Shown here: piece by piece, positions 46,041 to 56,040 of the stretch
How positions within the stretch are numbered: the stretch's first letter is position 1
Layout of the letters: each line of letters opens with the position of its first letter
Source: a virus
Length of the DNA: 64,000 nt
IMG/VR virus record: IMGVR_UViG_3300045119_000180
Span: 1-64,000 of that record
Strand: one strand, 5' to 3'
The notes under the pieces: model-generated
Told to the model about the DNA's origin: nothing
The model's input: the letters and a program-made list of their open reading frames with translations, nothing else
Database searches by the model: none
Made by a program: the position numbers and the translations under genes

Positions 46041-48074
46041 TTGACCTTTCTCGAGATAGCCAAACCTTTAACAGCCCGCGGGATTCCAGTTATACCGCTA
46101 CGACCAAGAACCAAAATCGCGTTACTAGACGATTGGCAAAACCGAGCGACTACCGACGAATCTCAAATTCAGTTGTGGCACGAAGAGTACCCGGAGGCTA
46201 ATGGTGCGGTGGTAGCTATCGCTGTTAGTACCGGATTCTGGTTTTTGGAGGTGGATAGCCATGAAGTCGTCCCGCGTATTGAAAAAGAAACAGGCCAGAA
46301 GTTCCCGGAAACCTTTGCGGTCAGATCGTCACCGGGAAAAAGCCATTTCTACTTCAGACAGTCAACAGCTAGTATGCGAATGGGCAACATTGCTCAGACT
46401 AAAGAGAGCGGTTGGTCCGCAAGGGTGGACAGATCTTATTGCGTTAGCCCGGGAAGCGTCCACCCGATTACAGGACTTTGCTACGAAGTTAAAAACTCAG
46501 CAGAAATCGTCGAAGCGCCAGAATGGCTAATCGAGTGGCTTAAAAACCAACGCATCGAAAAGAAATCCGTTCAGCCAGACGAAGATCAGCATTTTTATTC
46601 CGGTAGCCGTAACGTCCATCTAGCCAGCCGCGCTGGTAAGATGCGCAACGCAGGCATGAGCCAAACGGAGATTGAGAATACGCTGTTGCGTATGAACCAG
46701 GATCTTTGTCATCCGCCGCTAGATGAAAACGAAGTTCGCGTAATTGCTGGAAGTATCTCGAGATACGACATTCCACGTGAAACGGTCCTGTTACATGGCG
46801 GCGTTCCGGTCAACGGTAATGGAGGCGTGGCCGTACAGACGGCGGTAGAGGCGCCGCAGCATCAAAGTGCCATTATTCCTTATCCGGTCTTCCCGGATTG
46901 GGTTATGTCCGGAACGTCGCTTTACGAAGGTTTTATCAAACCTATTTGCGATATTAATAGCCGGTATCCCAGCTTTATGTTCATGCCGGCTGTCGCGCTG
47001 ATGCTGAACTACCTTGGTACACGCATTACGATTGAGTACAAGCCAAATAAGCCTAATATCTTTCTCGTTCTGATCGGCAGGCGTGGCAGAACAATGAAGT
47101 CGGCCAGCGTAGAAGACGCTTTGCATTACTTCGAACAAGCCGGATTGCTAGCGCATGGCGGTCCTGGAATAGCCAATGCAGGCGGCAAAATGCTCGTCTG
47201 GACGCCCGGTTCACCTGAAGGCTTTGGTTTAGAGATGGCCAGGACGAACTGTAAGAACGGTGTTATCTATTACGATGAATTGTCAACGTTGACCAGCAAG
47301 GCCGGTATTGAGAATAGCGGACTAGCTAGCCGACTATTACAGCTTTACGAATCCGCAAAGTTCCAGAACGTCGTTAAGTCAAAGAAGGAAACGTTTGGTT
47401 TAGAGCCTAAGACGTATTGCGCGTGTCTTCTAGCCTGTTCAACGGATAAGAACTTTCAAAAGGATTGGGCGAAGATGTCCGCGGGCAGTTCCGGACTGGA
47501 CGATCGAATGTTCTTTCTTCTGCAGCCTGAAACGCTCAAGGAACTCACTCCGTACAAGGCTGTTTGTGTTCAGGAAGGCGCCCTCGAGACTCGAAGGTTG
47601 ATTGACAAGGCTATTGACCAACAGCACTTTAAATTCTCAGATGAGATGGTTCTGCAGGCGGCTAGTAAGCGGCTAGGCAACCGAGCCTTTATCCGTGTAG
47701 AGAAGCTGGCTATTTACTTCGCTGTCGATCTAGGTCGAGATGAACTAGATTCAGATTGTTGCGAACGCGCACTTGCGGTTTGCGAGTACGAACAGTCTGT
47801 CAAGAAATATCTAAAAACGTTTGAAGGCGTTACGAAAGAGAGTTTGCTACAACAAGAAATTATGTTTAGGGTGAGGCAAAGCCCAGAAGGATTAACTGTT
47901 AGAGATATTAATAGGGTTCTACATCCCAAACGCTACGGCACCAGCCTATGGAAGACAGCTTATTATGGCCTTCTTAACATGGGCTGGTTGGCCGAGATCG
48001 GAGATGGAACTAAATCGTCGCCACGCAGACTGATATCTTTATTGGCCGCCGAAGACGATGAGGATGAAGATTAA
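46041..48074 (+). CDS. Bifunctional primase-polymerase with PriCT domain and C-terminal helicase-like region
   Basis: VIPLRPRTK...W...AT, LEVD, GKSHFYF, PGSVHP; PriCT GSRN...PPLDENEV; YYDEL in the C-terminal part. Confidence 0.82.
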   Translation: MTFLEIAKPLTARGIPVIPLRPRTKIALLDDWQNRATTDESQIQLWHEEYPEANGAVVAIAVSTGFWFLEVDSHEVVPRIEKETGQKFPETFAVRSSPGKSHFYFRQSTASMRMGNIAQTKESGWSARVDRSYCVSPGSVHPITGLCYEVKNSAEIVEAPEWLIEWLKNQRIEKKSVQPDEDQHFYSGSRNVHLASRAGKMRNAGMSQTEIENTLLRMNQDLCHPPLDENEVRVIAGSISRYDIPRETVLLHGGVPVNGNGGVAVQTAVEAPQHQSAIIPYPVFPDWVMSGTSLYEGFIKPICDINSRYPSFMFMPAVALMLNYLGTRITIEYKPNKPNIFLVLIGRRGRTMKSASVEDALHYFEQAGLLAHGGPGIANAGGKMLVWTPGSPEGFGLEMARTNCKNGVIYYDELSTLTSKAGIENSGLASRLLQLYESAKFQNVVKSKKETFGLEPKTYCACLLACSTDKNFQKDWAKMSAGSSGLDDRMFFLLQPETLKELTPYKAVCVQEGALETRRLIDKAIDQQHFKFSDEMVLQAASKRLGNRAFIRVEKLAIYFAVDLGRDELDSDCCERALAVCEYEQSVKKYLKTFEGVTKESLLQQEIMFRVRQSPEGLTVRDINRVLHPKRYGTSLWKTAYYGLLNMGWLAEIGDGTKSSPRRLISLLAAEDDEDED

Positions 48075-48584
48075 TTGAAGCCGGAGATTAAGAGAAATAA
48101 ATGGGGTGTTCGTATTTGTGAGCACAACAGATTACAATATCGATGCAAAGAATGTGACGGAAGTCTAATTTGTGAGCATAATAGACGACGAAATGATTGC
48201 ATAGAATGCGGCGGTGCTTCAATCTGTGAGCACAAAAGACATCGAAATCGTTGTAAAGAGTGTCGCCCTTTAGGTTGGGCTAAAGTTAAATTGAAACAGA
48301 TGCGTCAACGTTCTCGAAAAGGTGGATACAAAATCCCTGATATAACACCAGAGAGAATTTTGTTGCTTAGCACAAAAAAGAACTGCCTTATGTGTCATTT
48401 GCCTTTTACGTTAAACAACAACCCGTCTTGTCTTCATCATAATCACGAGACCGGTGAAGTTTACGGGTTCGCTCATAGGGATTGTAATCGAATGGAGGGT
48501 TTTTTCGGTAAATTGACTACGGCTCAGCAGGTTCGTTTTTTACAGACTCAATTCCCGGATGTCGTCAAGGCACTTAGAAAATGA
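48075..48584 (+). CDS. Endonuclease VII/HNH-like nuclease with CEHN Zn repeats
   Basis: Three ICEHxR..CxEC repeats; LHHNHETGEVYGFAHRDCN. Confidence 0.78.
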   Translation: MKPEIKRNKWGVRICEHNRLQYRCKECDGSLICEHNRRRNDCIECGGASICEHKRHRNRCKECRPLGWAKVKLKQMRQRSRKGGYKIPDITPERILLLSTKKNCLMCHLPFTLNNNPSCLHHNHETGEVYGFAHRDCNRMEGFFGKLTTAQQVRFLQTQFPDVVKALRK

Positions 48585-49771
48585 AAAGATTGGTCTTCGT
48601 CGATTTTGAAACCCGATCGTTACGGGAATTGCGCGGTCAAACCAGCGTAGGTCTTTCAAACTACACGATGGATGCCTCAACGGAGGCTATAATTTTAGCG
48701 TGGGCACTTGATAACGAAGAGCCAAACGTATATTTTCCGCTGTGGCAAGTTATGCCGGAGGAGCTTAAAAAGGCTTTGGAAGATTCGTCTGTAGACATCG
48801 TAGCTTATAATAGCGCCTTTGAAAGAAATGTATTCCTTTATGTATTGGGAATTGATCTGCCAGTAAGTCGCTTTCAAGATCCCCAACCATCTGCTAGATA
48901 TCTTAGTCTTCCTGGAAGCTTGGAAGATGTAGGGGGCATTTTAAAGCTACCCGATGAACTTAAAAAGGACAAAGAAGGTAAACGTCTTTTAGACGTGTTC
49001 ACAAAACCGACGAAAAAGAAAGGTAAAGAGAGTTATTTCCGCGATTGGGATTCGGATCCCGAAGATTGGCAACGTTTTGTTGAATACGCAAAGCAGGATA
49101 TCAGAGCGGAAAGAGAGATCTTGAAGCGCTTGGAAGCCCTCGGCACTTATCCATTACTGCCTAGGGAAAGAGACATCTGGGAGCTTGACCAGAAGATCAA
49201 TGGCCGTGGTATTCCCGTCGATCGGCCGTTTGTTACGAGTATGTTCAATCTTGGTGAGCGGGCCAAGAAGGACGCTATTGGCGAACTGAAGCGACTTACT
49301 GGTTTGGAGAACGCTAATTCGAATAGCCAGATGCTTCAATGGGCGAAGAAGGAAGGATATAGCAAACAGAGTCTTCGTAAAGAGACGGTCCTGGCCGAAT
49401 TGAAGTTCAATACTGAATTGACGCCTCTGTGCCGACAGGTATTAGAGTTACGGAAAGCTGCGTCTTCTACTTCATACAAGAAAATGGCAGCTCTTCTCCG
49501 CTTGTCCAGTTCGGACCAGCGGTTGCGCAATCAATTCCTTTATCTAGGCAGTCCGCGGTGTGGCCGGTGGAGTGGCAACGGCTTTCAGTTTCATAATATG
49601 GCCCGACCGACACAGGATTTTGAGGACCTTGAAACGGTAGATGAAGCCCGAAGATTGGTTAGTGCCGAAGACTATCAAGGTGTCATTGCGAAGTTCGGAA
49701 AGCACCCGAAGGACTACGGCGCTGTATTAGGGGTCGTTAAGAGCTGTATAAGGACTGCATTTTGTTCATAG
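48581..49771 (+). CDS. Family A DNA polymerase, N-terminal part (3'-5' exonuclease, thumb, start of palm)
   Basis: VDFETRS, AYNSAFER, YAKQDI, INGRGIPVD, CGRWSG..FQFHNMAR, IRTAF. Confidence 0.88.
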   Translation: MKRLVFVDFETRSLRELRGQTSVGLSNYTMDASTEAIILAWALDNEEPNVYFPLWQVMPEELKKALEDSSVDIVAYNSAFERNVFLYVLGIDLPVSRFQDPQPSARYLSLPGSLEDVGGILKLPDELKKDKEGKRLLDVFTKPTKKKGKESYFRDWDSDPEDWQRFVEYAKQDIRAEREILKRLEALGTYPLLPRERDIWELDQKINGRGIPVDRPFVTSMFNLGERAKKDAIGELKRLTGLENANSNSQMLQWAKKEGYSKQSLRKETVLAELKFNTELTPLCRQVLELRKAASSTSYKKMAALLRLSSSDQRLRNQFLYLGSPRCGRWSGNGFQFHNMARPTQDFEDLETVDEARRLVSAEDYQGVIAKFGKHPKDYGAVLGVVKSCIRTAFCS

Positions 49772-50703
49772 CCGCAGACTTGAACGCCATAGAGACTCGG
49801 GTAGCTGCTTGGTTGAGCGGCTGTCAGTCGCTATTACAAGTGTTTTACGATAATCAAGACCCGTATATATCGTTTGCAAATCGTATGACGGGTATTATGT
49901 ACGACAAGTTGGCCAAAGATCTTAAAAGCGACAATCCGGCCGTAAAAGCCGCGGCTAAAGGTCATCGCCAAGTCGCTAAACCAGGCGTTTTAGGCTGCGT
50001 TTACCGTCTAGGTCCGGGCCAGATAAGCACCAATAAGCACGGCGATCAGGTCAAAACAGGCTTGTGGGGCTATTCAGAGGCTATGGGCGTTTCAATGACG
50101 CAGGATAAGGCCCAGGAGGTAGTTCAGGTCTTCCGCCAGTCATATCCGGAGATTTGCGAGATGTGGTATAGCCTTGAGGAAGCCGTTTCAGACGTTCTGA
50201 AGGGCCAACGGACAAAACGCGAATTAGGGCCTGATGGCTGCATCAAGATCGATAAGATACCGAATGGTGATACCGAGATCCTACGTATCCAGTTGCCCAG
50301 TGGGCGCCGATTGCACTATCTAGAGGCTCAGATCAAGCCTACCAAGATGCCTTGGACCAAACTGAACGACCAGGGCGAAGAGGAAGAAGTTTATAAGCCT
50401 ACGTTGAATTACGCCTCAGTTGACCAGGAAACGAAGCAATGGGGTTATACTACCAGTCATGGTGGTAAGATATTTGAGAACATTGTTCAAGGTACGGCTC
50501 GAGACGTCCTGGCAGAGCAAATGCTAAGATTCGAAGAGTGGCATTTGAATATCGTTGCTCACGTTCATGACGAAATCATCGTAGAGTGCGATACGGACGA
50601 ACTGAAGTTGGCTGAAGAGATAATGTCACGGAGTATTGATTGGGCTCCTGGTTTGCCGTTGGCCGCTGAAGGATGGCGAGGAAATTACTACAGAAAGGGT
50701 TGA
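49762..50703 (+). CDS. Family A DNA polymerase, C-terminal part (motifs A, B, C)
   Basis: AADLNAIETRV (A), RQVAKPGVLGCVY (B), ENIVQGTARD, HVHDEI (C). Confidence 0.9.
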   Translation: MFIAADLNAIETRVAAWLSGCQSLLQVFYDNQDPYISFANRMTGIMYDKLAKDLKSDNPAVKAAAKGHRQVAKPGVLGCVYRLGPGQISTNKHGDQVKTGLWGYSEAMGVSMTQDKAQEVVQVFRQSYPEICEMWYSLEEAVSDVLKGQRTKRELGPDGCIKIDKIPNGDTEILRIQLPSGRRLHYLEAQIKPTKMPWTKLNDQGEEEEVYKPTLNYASVDQETKQWGYTTSHGGKIFENIVQGTARDVLAEQMLRFEEWHLNIVAHVHDEIIVECDTDELKLAEEIMSRSIDWAPGLPLAAEGWRGNYYRKG

Positions 50704-50728
50704 CAATTAGTTTACTTTAAGGTAGGCT
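50700..50728 (+). promoter_or_regulatory. Sigma70-type promoter
   Basis: TTGACA-17-TAGGCT just before ATG 50735 (likely leaderless or short leader). Confidence 0.55.
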
Positions 50729-50913
50729 TTTAAAATGAAGAAGAAATTCGCTAAATATCTTATTCCAAAGCGCGCTAAAATACTATTAAGCGCCAATCGG
50801 CTAATTGATTCGTTTAATGAAAAAGAGCAAACATGGGAGACAGACGATACAGACGGTCATCCGCACGAGTTTACGGCTATTTATAAACTCGTTCGTGTCA
50901 AGAAGGTCAAAAA

Positions 50914-51978
50914 GTGAAAGCAAAATTCATACCATTAGGCGATTTAAGCAATCTTTCAGAAGAGCAGAAGCTTGACTATTATAATAACGTCTGTGAACAC
51001 TTTGAAGTGCCGGCAGAACTGAATTTATTGTATTTCGATTGGTTCGATTCGGGCGACGGAGCCAGAAAGTACATCCTTTACGCCGCGAAGGGCTTTTCGG
51101 ACTTTATGCGCGGCAAACTGGGCATTGAAACGGACAGTTTGGAAGAGTCGGTTTCAGATGGCGTAGTACGGTATAAGTGTAAGGGCCACGATAAAGATGG
51201 CCGTCACGAAATTGCTATCGGCGCAAGTACGATCGCAGGACTTACAGGTAAGAAGCTCGAGGATTCTTTCGCGAAAGCACAGACGAAAGCAACCAGGCGT
51301 ATGACGCTGCAATTTGTAGGCGCCGGCATTCTAGACGAATCTGAAAAGTCAGTTACAAGCCTTTCTGTTGACATTTCTTCCGCAGGTCTTCCTCTGGCCC
51401 AACTGCCCACAGTAGAGATCAACGCTGCTAAGGGTAAGTTGGTTGAGATGGCTAATGAGGCTACTAATCGGGCGGTTGATATGCTTCATGATCAGCATCC
51501 TCTGGCTTTTGAAGCCGTAAAGGTTTCTGGCGAACTGGTTGCTGCGGTTAACGGTTTGGAAACGGAGCTGCGTCGACGTCCAGGACCAAAGCAGTCTGAC
51601 AATTTGGTAGTTGACACCAATTTGGGTACAGTTGACACCAATTTGGGTACAGTTGACACCAATTTGGGTACACCTGCCGAATTGACTTTTAAGCAATGGC
51701 TAAGTCGCCTTACGAATGAAATCCTGCCACCTCCTCCAAGCGGCCAATCCGGGACGTTTACGACTTATGGCGGTATGAAGCCGTCGTTAGGCGTTGGCGG
51801 CGTATCAATGAAAGTCGTTTCGTACGCCAGGAAGGTCTTTCCGGGCAAGGAAATAAAAGAGTTTACTCTAGACGATCAAAACGCGTTCAAAAAAGGCTTC
51901 GATAATGTATTAAAAGAGCAAGGTGCGGTCGGTTTGGTTAAACATATAAACGATTCGTTAGGTGTAAAGGAGGGCTGA
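50914..51978 (+). CDS. Putative ssDNA-annealing (RecT/Bet-like) recombinase
   Basis: DLSNLSEEQKLDYY..VC, ILYA, KAQTKATRRMTL...GILDESE; adjacent to a PD-(D/E)XK nuclease. Confidence 0.6.
   Translation: MKAKFIPLGDLSNLSEEQKLDYYNNVCEHFEVPAELNLLYFDWFDSGDGARKYILYAAKGFSDFMRGKLGIETDSLEESVSDGVVRYKCKGHDKDGRHEIAIGASTIAGLTGKKLEDSFAKAQTKATRRMTLQFVGAGILDESEKSVTSLSVDISSAGLPLAQLPTVEINAAKGKLVEMANEATNRAVDMLHDQHPLAFEAVKVSGELVAAVNGLETELRRRPGPKQSDNLVVDTNLGTVDTNLGTVDTNLGTPAELTFKQWLSRLTNEILPPPPSGQSGTFTTYGGMKPSLGVGGVSMKVVSYARKVFPGKEIKEFTLDDQNAFKKGFDNVLKEQGAVGLVKHINDSLGVKEG
51609..51672 (+). repeat. Three exact tandem copies of 21-bp AGTTGACACCAATTTGGGTAC (VDTNLGT)
   Basis: Read directly from the sequence; in frame within the recombinase linker. 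Confidence 0.9.
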
Positions 51979-52160
51979 TGGATAGCGGCTTGATTCGTTG
52001 TAGTAATTGCGAAGAAGATCTTCCAGAAAGCGATTTTAGCGACTTTCAGCTAGGAAAGGCGGATAGCATTTGTGACGTCTGCCTAGACGAAATGGACGAA
52101 ATAGACGAAGATCTAGAAGATGAAGCTGCGGAGGAATCGGAAGACGATTTTACCGACTGA
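51978..52160 (+). CDS. Small, highly acidic Zn-finger protein
   Basis: CSNC...CDVC followed by a D/E tract. Confidence 0.6.
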   Translation: MDSGLIRCSNCEEDLPESDFSDFQLGKADSICDVCLDEMDEIDEDLEDEAAEESEDDFTD

Positions 52161-53356
52161 TGCCGCCCCTTTATGTCAGGCCAGACGGAACTGGCTGCTA
52201 CGAACATTCTTACAGTGCGGGTATCGACTATGACAAGTCACCTTTAGGATACTACAAGCGCCGTATTGAAGGCTGGCGTGAAGCCGATAACCGTGCGGCA
52301 TTTCGATTTGGCCGCGCTATCGAAGATTCTATTGAGTTCTACCACAACAACGGCCGCGATCTTGTCAGTCACTTCGTAGCCATTTGGAACCTTCATAAAG
52401 ACATCGAATTGAAATATACGAAGCTTGAGAAGGATTGGGCTAACCTATTGCGTTGCGGCGTTGAAATGCTGCAACTTTACATCATTAGGCAGCCGAGCTT
52501 GCCTATTCCTATGGGTGCCAAGTCTGCTTTCCAGCGGAAGTACGAAATTGAGATGTATCCGAATGACCCCTGGTACGGAGAGATTCTTCACGTTGGAAAG
52601 GTCGATGTTGTGGCCTATACGGAGCCAGATCACCCGCTTCTGCCGGCTATCGATTGGACAGGAAAAGGTAATATCAGGGAATCGATCGGCGACATCAAAA
52701 CGACTGCATCAGTCTGGGCAGGCAACGGGTTAGTGCGGTTTCACCCGCAAATGCGTAATTACGCCTTTCTAACGAAGATTTATACCGTTTGGATGTTGTG
52801 GTTCGTCAAGAAATGTCATAAAGTCGGAAAAGGTAATATTGTTACATTATTGGCTAATCACGGAAATGTACCAGCTGGTGAAGAATTAATCGTAGCGAGT
52901 TTAATTAAAGATTCGGAAGAAGTTTATTTAGTGCCAGACAAAAGTTGGATTGAAACAATGGAAAAGGAACAGGGCCGTAAGGAAGACGGTTCATTAGATA
53001 CTAAAAAAGAAGCAAATGAACGAAAAGAACAATGGTTGGTAAAATACGCTATAAAAGTACCTTTATCGGCGGTGACCAAGCAGCGTTTAATCTTCGATTC
53101 AGGCATTATAACGCCAGAATCTGCGATGGAAGCCGGCGAAATTGCTGGCCGACAGATTCAGCAAATTGTCAATAGCTGGAAGACAAATAAATGGCCTTCA
53201 ACCTACCAGGTCAGTTATCCCCGCGATGACTCGAAGGATCCGTATTTCCGAGCGTTCATTCTTAATGACACCGAATTCAGAGACGCAAATTTTACACGAA
53301 CATTCGAAGAAGCTTTCGATGATCTAGAGCCGGAGCCGGAAGGAGTTGAAGACTAA
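52160..53356 (+). CDS. PD-(D/E)XK (RecB/Cas4-like) exonuclease
   Basis: HSYS, FGRAIE, GKVD, DIKT, QMRNY. Confidence 0.75.
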   Translation: MPPLYVRPDGTGCYEHSYSAGIDYDKSPLGYYKRRIEGWREADNRAAFRFGRAIEDSIEFYHNNGRDLVSHFVAIWNLHKDIELKYTKLEKDWANLLRCGVEMLQLYIIRQPSLPIPMGAKSAFQRKYEIEMYPNDPWYGEILHVGKVDVVAYTEPDHPLLPAIDWTGKGNIRESIGDIKTTASVWAGNGLVRFHPQMRNYAFLTKIYTVWMLWFVKKCHKVGKGNIVTLLANHGNVPAGEELIVASLIKDSEEVYLVPDKSWIETMEKEQGRKEDGSLDTKKEANERKEQWLVKYAIKVPLSAVTKQRLIFDSGIITPESAMEAGEIAGRQIQQIVNSWKTNKWPSTYQVSYPRDDSKDPYFRAFILNDTEFRDANFTRTFEEAFDDLEPEPEGVED

Positions 53357-53918
53357 TGGATCAACAAGAATATCTTTTATACCAACGTTTCAAGGAAATA
53401 GACGACCGTTTAGACAAAATTGAAGAGGCTCTAAGTAAATTGCTTTTTGGGCGCGGAATAGAATCCGAAGAAGAAAGAGATGATTAAATGTCAAGTCAAG
53501 GATTGCCAAAGCGAAATTAATCCTGCAGAGCCACTATCAGTTGGGTGTCGATATATTTGTAGTAAGCATACAAGATCGGAGCAGTGGAAGGCGTTAGACA
53601 GGACAGCAAACGATAGAAAAGACGCAGAAGACTCAGACGTTCATTTCCAAGATTGCCAATTCGACAAAGACCTTAAACGTGGTTGACGGCCAGTGGATAC
53701 AGATCATATCCAACGCCAAGGCAGCGAAATCGACGATCAGCAGGAGAAGATTGACCTGAATGAGGAGCATCTGGAGGGTATAAATTGAAGTACAAAAGAC
53801 CTCAAAGCACAAGAGAAGAGTTGCTTCGTACGATCCGTAAGCTATTTGATGAAAATATGCGCCTTAGAAAGAAAGTGAAGGTAACAGAAGAGTTTTTGCA
53901 CGCTTATTTAGGTGAGAA

Positions 53919-54317
53919 GTGAAGAATTGCCGCAGCCGTGATACCCAAGGCGAACTCCGTAACAGCTTTGACAGCAATTCGCCGTTTATGACCGGCCATT
54001 CGATTATGGTCGTGCGACGACATAAGCGCCGTATTCCAGAATGGGCTAAAGACGACAAACAACTACGACAATTAATTTCGAGATCTTTTCCTTACCGTAA
54101 AAGTAATCCGGACCAAAATCTCAGAGCTGGCCGTTGGGCTCGATTCATTTATCTTTATTTCAGGATGACTAAAACTAGAAGCGAGATAGTAGGCGAAATG
54201 TCATTGACGTACCACGCTGTTGATAGTCTTTGCCGGGCGATCTACCGTGCGGCCGCCGGGCTTAAGGCTAACGGCAATGGTAAGGCTGGCGGACGCCCAG
54301 GACGCCCTAAGAAATAG
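53919..54317 (+). CDS. Putative transcription regulator with sigma-region-4-like HTH
   Basis: IYLYFRMTKTRSEIVGEMSLTYHAVDSLCRAI. Confidence 0.5.
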   Translation: MKNCRSRDTQGELRNSFDSNSPFMTGHSIMVVRRHKRRIPEWAKDDKQLRQLISRSFPYRKSNPDQNLRAGRWARFIYLYFRMTKTRSEIVGEMSLTYHAVDSLCRAIYRAAAGLKANGNGKAGGRPGRPKK

Positions 54318-54389
54318 TGCCTGCATCCAGCCGTCTAATAGAGGCTAAATCATGGCCATGTTAATTATCATGGCCTTGTTAAAGGAAAG

Positions 54390-54890
54390 ATGAAGACGCT
54401 CGTTTTTTCGGTATTGATTCATAGTTGTCAATTAGATTTTTCAGAAAGGCTGAGACAGTATCTTATTCCTGGCGAGCGGTATATCTTCGTAGGCAACGGA
54501 TACCGTATTCTGCCGAAGCGGTGTCGGTGCAAGAAGCAGGTTACCAAAGCGAAGGCAGAGCAGATGGTGGCCGACGGCATCGCGGAGCCGGTCTGGAAGA
54601 CCCGCTGTAGAAGGGTGCAGATTGACTTTACCAGAATTTGGATGGCTCAGCAGGTGCAGGTACCGCGGGTAGACTTAATTAGTCAGGCCGATATTGAGAG
54701 ATTTGTTGAAGGCAACGAAACATCGATCGCTTATGTCGAGGCAGTGCACGAATTATATTTAGAAAATAGACAGAAGCTAATTCGATATGTTAAAGCTGAA
54801 GAATATGATAGACAAGAAAAGCTTGACTATGGTGTGCCAGTAGTCTACAGTTACGGAGACGGTCGGACCCCTGGTGGAATTAGTAAATAA
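54390..54890 (+). CDS. Hypothetical protein
   Basis: AAGGA SD, 166 aa. Confidence 0.65.
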   Translation: MKTLVFSVLIHSCQLDFSERLRQYLIPGERYIFVGNGYRILPKRCRCKKQVTKAKAEQMVADGIAEPVWKTRCRRVQIDFTRIWMAQQVQVPRVDLISQADIERFVEGNETSIAYVEAVHELYLENRQKLIRYVKAEEYDRQEKLDYGVPVVYSYGDGRTPGGISK

Positions 54891-54899
54891 CTATTCTGC

Positions 54900-54973
54900 T
54901 GGCCTCTAGCATAACCGGTAATTGCGTCGTCCTGTTAAGACGAAGGATCTCTGTTCGAATCAGAGGGGGCCAG
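54900..54973 (+). tRNA. trnN: tRNA-Asn (GTT), CCA not encoded
   Basis: Acceptor TGGCCTC/GGGGCCA; anticodon arm TCGTC-CTGTTAA-GACGA; T arm CTCTG-TTCGAAT-CAGAG; G discriminator. Confidence 0.92.
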
Positions 54974-55234
54974 CTGAGGAGTTATGAAAATAGGCGGTTA
55001 TTTCGAATATGTTTCGTTGACTGAATTAGGTCATCAAGCCGCTATTGATGCTTCTGTTGCACCAAGAATTAAAAAGTCTTGGGTACCTAATTGGTTGTAT
55101 AAACAAAGATTTCGTTCTGATTGGTTGTACGATCTATTGACTGAGCCGGATCCTTTCTACATTTCCGCTGCGCAGTTAAAAGTCGCCGGCGATAAGTTCT
55201 ATAGTGATTTAAGGAAGATTATTGAGGAGGATAA

Positions 55235-55567
55235 GTGAAGTACTTAATTATCGCAATGCTGTTTTTGGCGCCGTTGGCTAAAGCTCAAGACGCCAAAGTA
55301 ATCGTAGTCGATCCGCAAGATGCTAAAAAGGCTGCCAGTATTTATGCCGAAAAACTAGCTGCGGATAAAGAGTGGAACGACTTTTTGTATCGAATGAATA
55401 TCAAATATATCAAGGATAGCCACGATTGGTCTTACGGCATTCTCTTTAGCTCGGATTTCAAGGCTATCATTCCTGCAGACTACAAGCCAGATCCTTGTAG
55501 CAAATTTAAATATCCTTTTGGCGGGAGTCTCACCTTGACTGGTGTAACAAATGCCAACGCCAACTAA
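55235..55567 (+). CDS. Small secreted protein
   Basis: Signal peptide MKYLIIAMLFLAPLAKA-Q. Confidence 0.6.
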   Translation: MKYLIIAMLFLAPLAKAQDAKVIVVDPQDAKKAASIYAEKLAADKEWNDFLYRMNIKYIKDSHDWSYGILFSSDFKAIIPADYKPDPCSKFKYPFGGSLTLTGVTNANAN

Positions 55568-55665
55568 ACCGATGATCGGTGATTACGCAGAATTAGTATT
55601 AAAAGGCGATTTCAAACTTGACGAAATACAGATCCTTAAATACTTAATTGAAAAAGAGGTAAAAA

Positions 55666-56040
55666 ATGACAGAAAAAAGCAACAAAGCATTCGGCGTAAA
55701 CGAATTAAAGCCTAACACGAGCCATTTGATCCCGGGCAAGACCGGCGACGGTAGTAACGCCGACCCGCTTACGACTGGCAAGTATTCACGGCAGGAAGTT
55801 GATGAATTGATTCAATTGGGTAAGGAGGCGAGAGGCGAATTAAAGCCGATGGTTCTTCCTGAAGAGTTTAAAAATTGGGGTGAAGGAGACGTCAGTTCGA
55901 CTCCTGTAGAAGACGATTATAAGTTCATAGATACAACTCCGTATGGCGTACAAGAGCGATTGACCAGTCTTGAGAATAAATTCGAAGAGCTTCAAAGCCG
56001 TTTGGTCAAGGCGTTTAAACACGCAGGATTTAACTTTTAA
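55666..56040 (+). CDS. Hypothetical protein
   Basis: GAGG SD, 124 aa. Confidence 0.6.
   Translation: MTEKSNKAFGVNELKPNTSHLIPGKTGDGSNADPLTTGKYSRQEVDELIQLGKEARGELKPMVLPEEFKNWGEGDVSSTPVEDDYKFIDTTPYGVQERLTSLENKFEELQSRLVKAFKHAGFNF

Noticed and set aside
49740-49800. Intron or intein at the polymerase break
   Set aside because: The two ORFs overlap, with no intervening sequence.
42817-50703. 2-aminoadenine (Z) or other modified-base genome, suggested by the DUF5664-like gene plus PolA
   Set aside because: No PurZ, deazaguanine pathway or base-modifying enzyme is visible here, and this hydrolase family is widespread. Genes outside the window cannot be excluded.
51609-51672. Possible CRISPR array
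   Set aside because: The 21-bp units are head to tail with no spacers and lie in frame in a protein linker. The nearby PD-(D/E)XK nuclease fits a recombination module.
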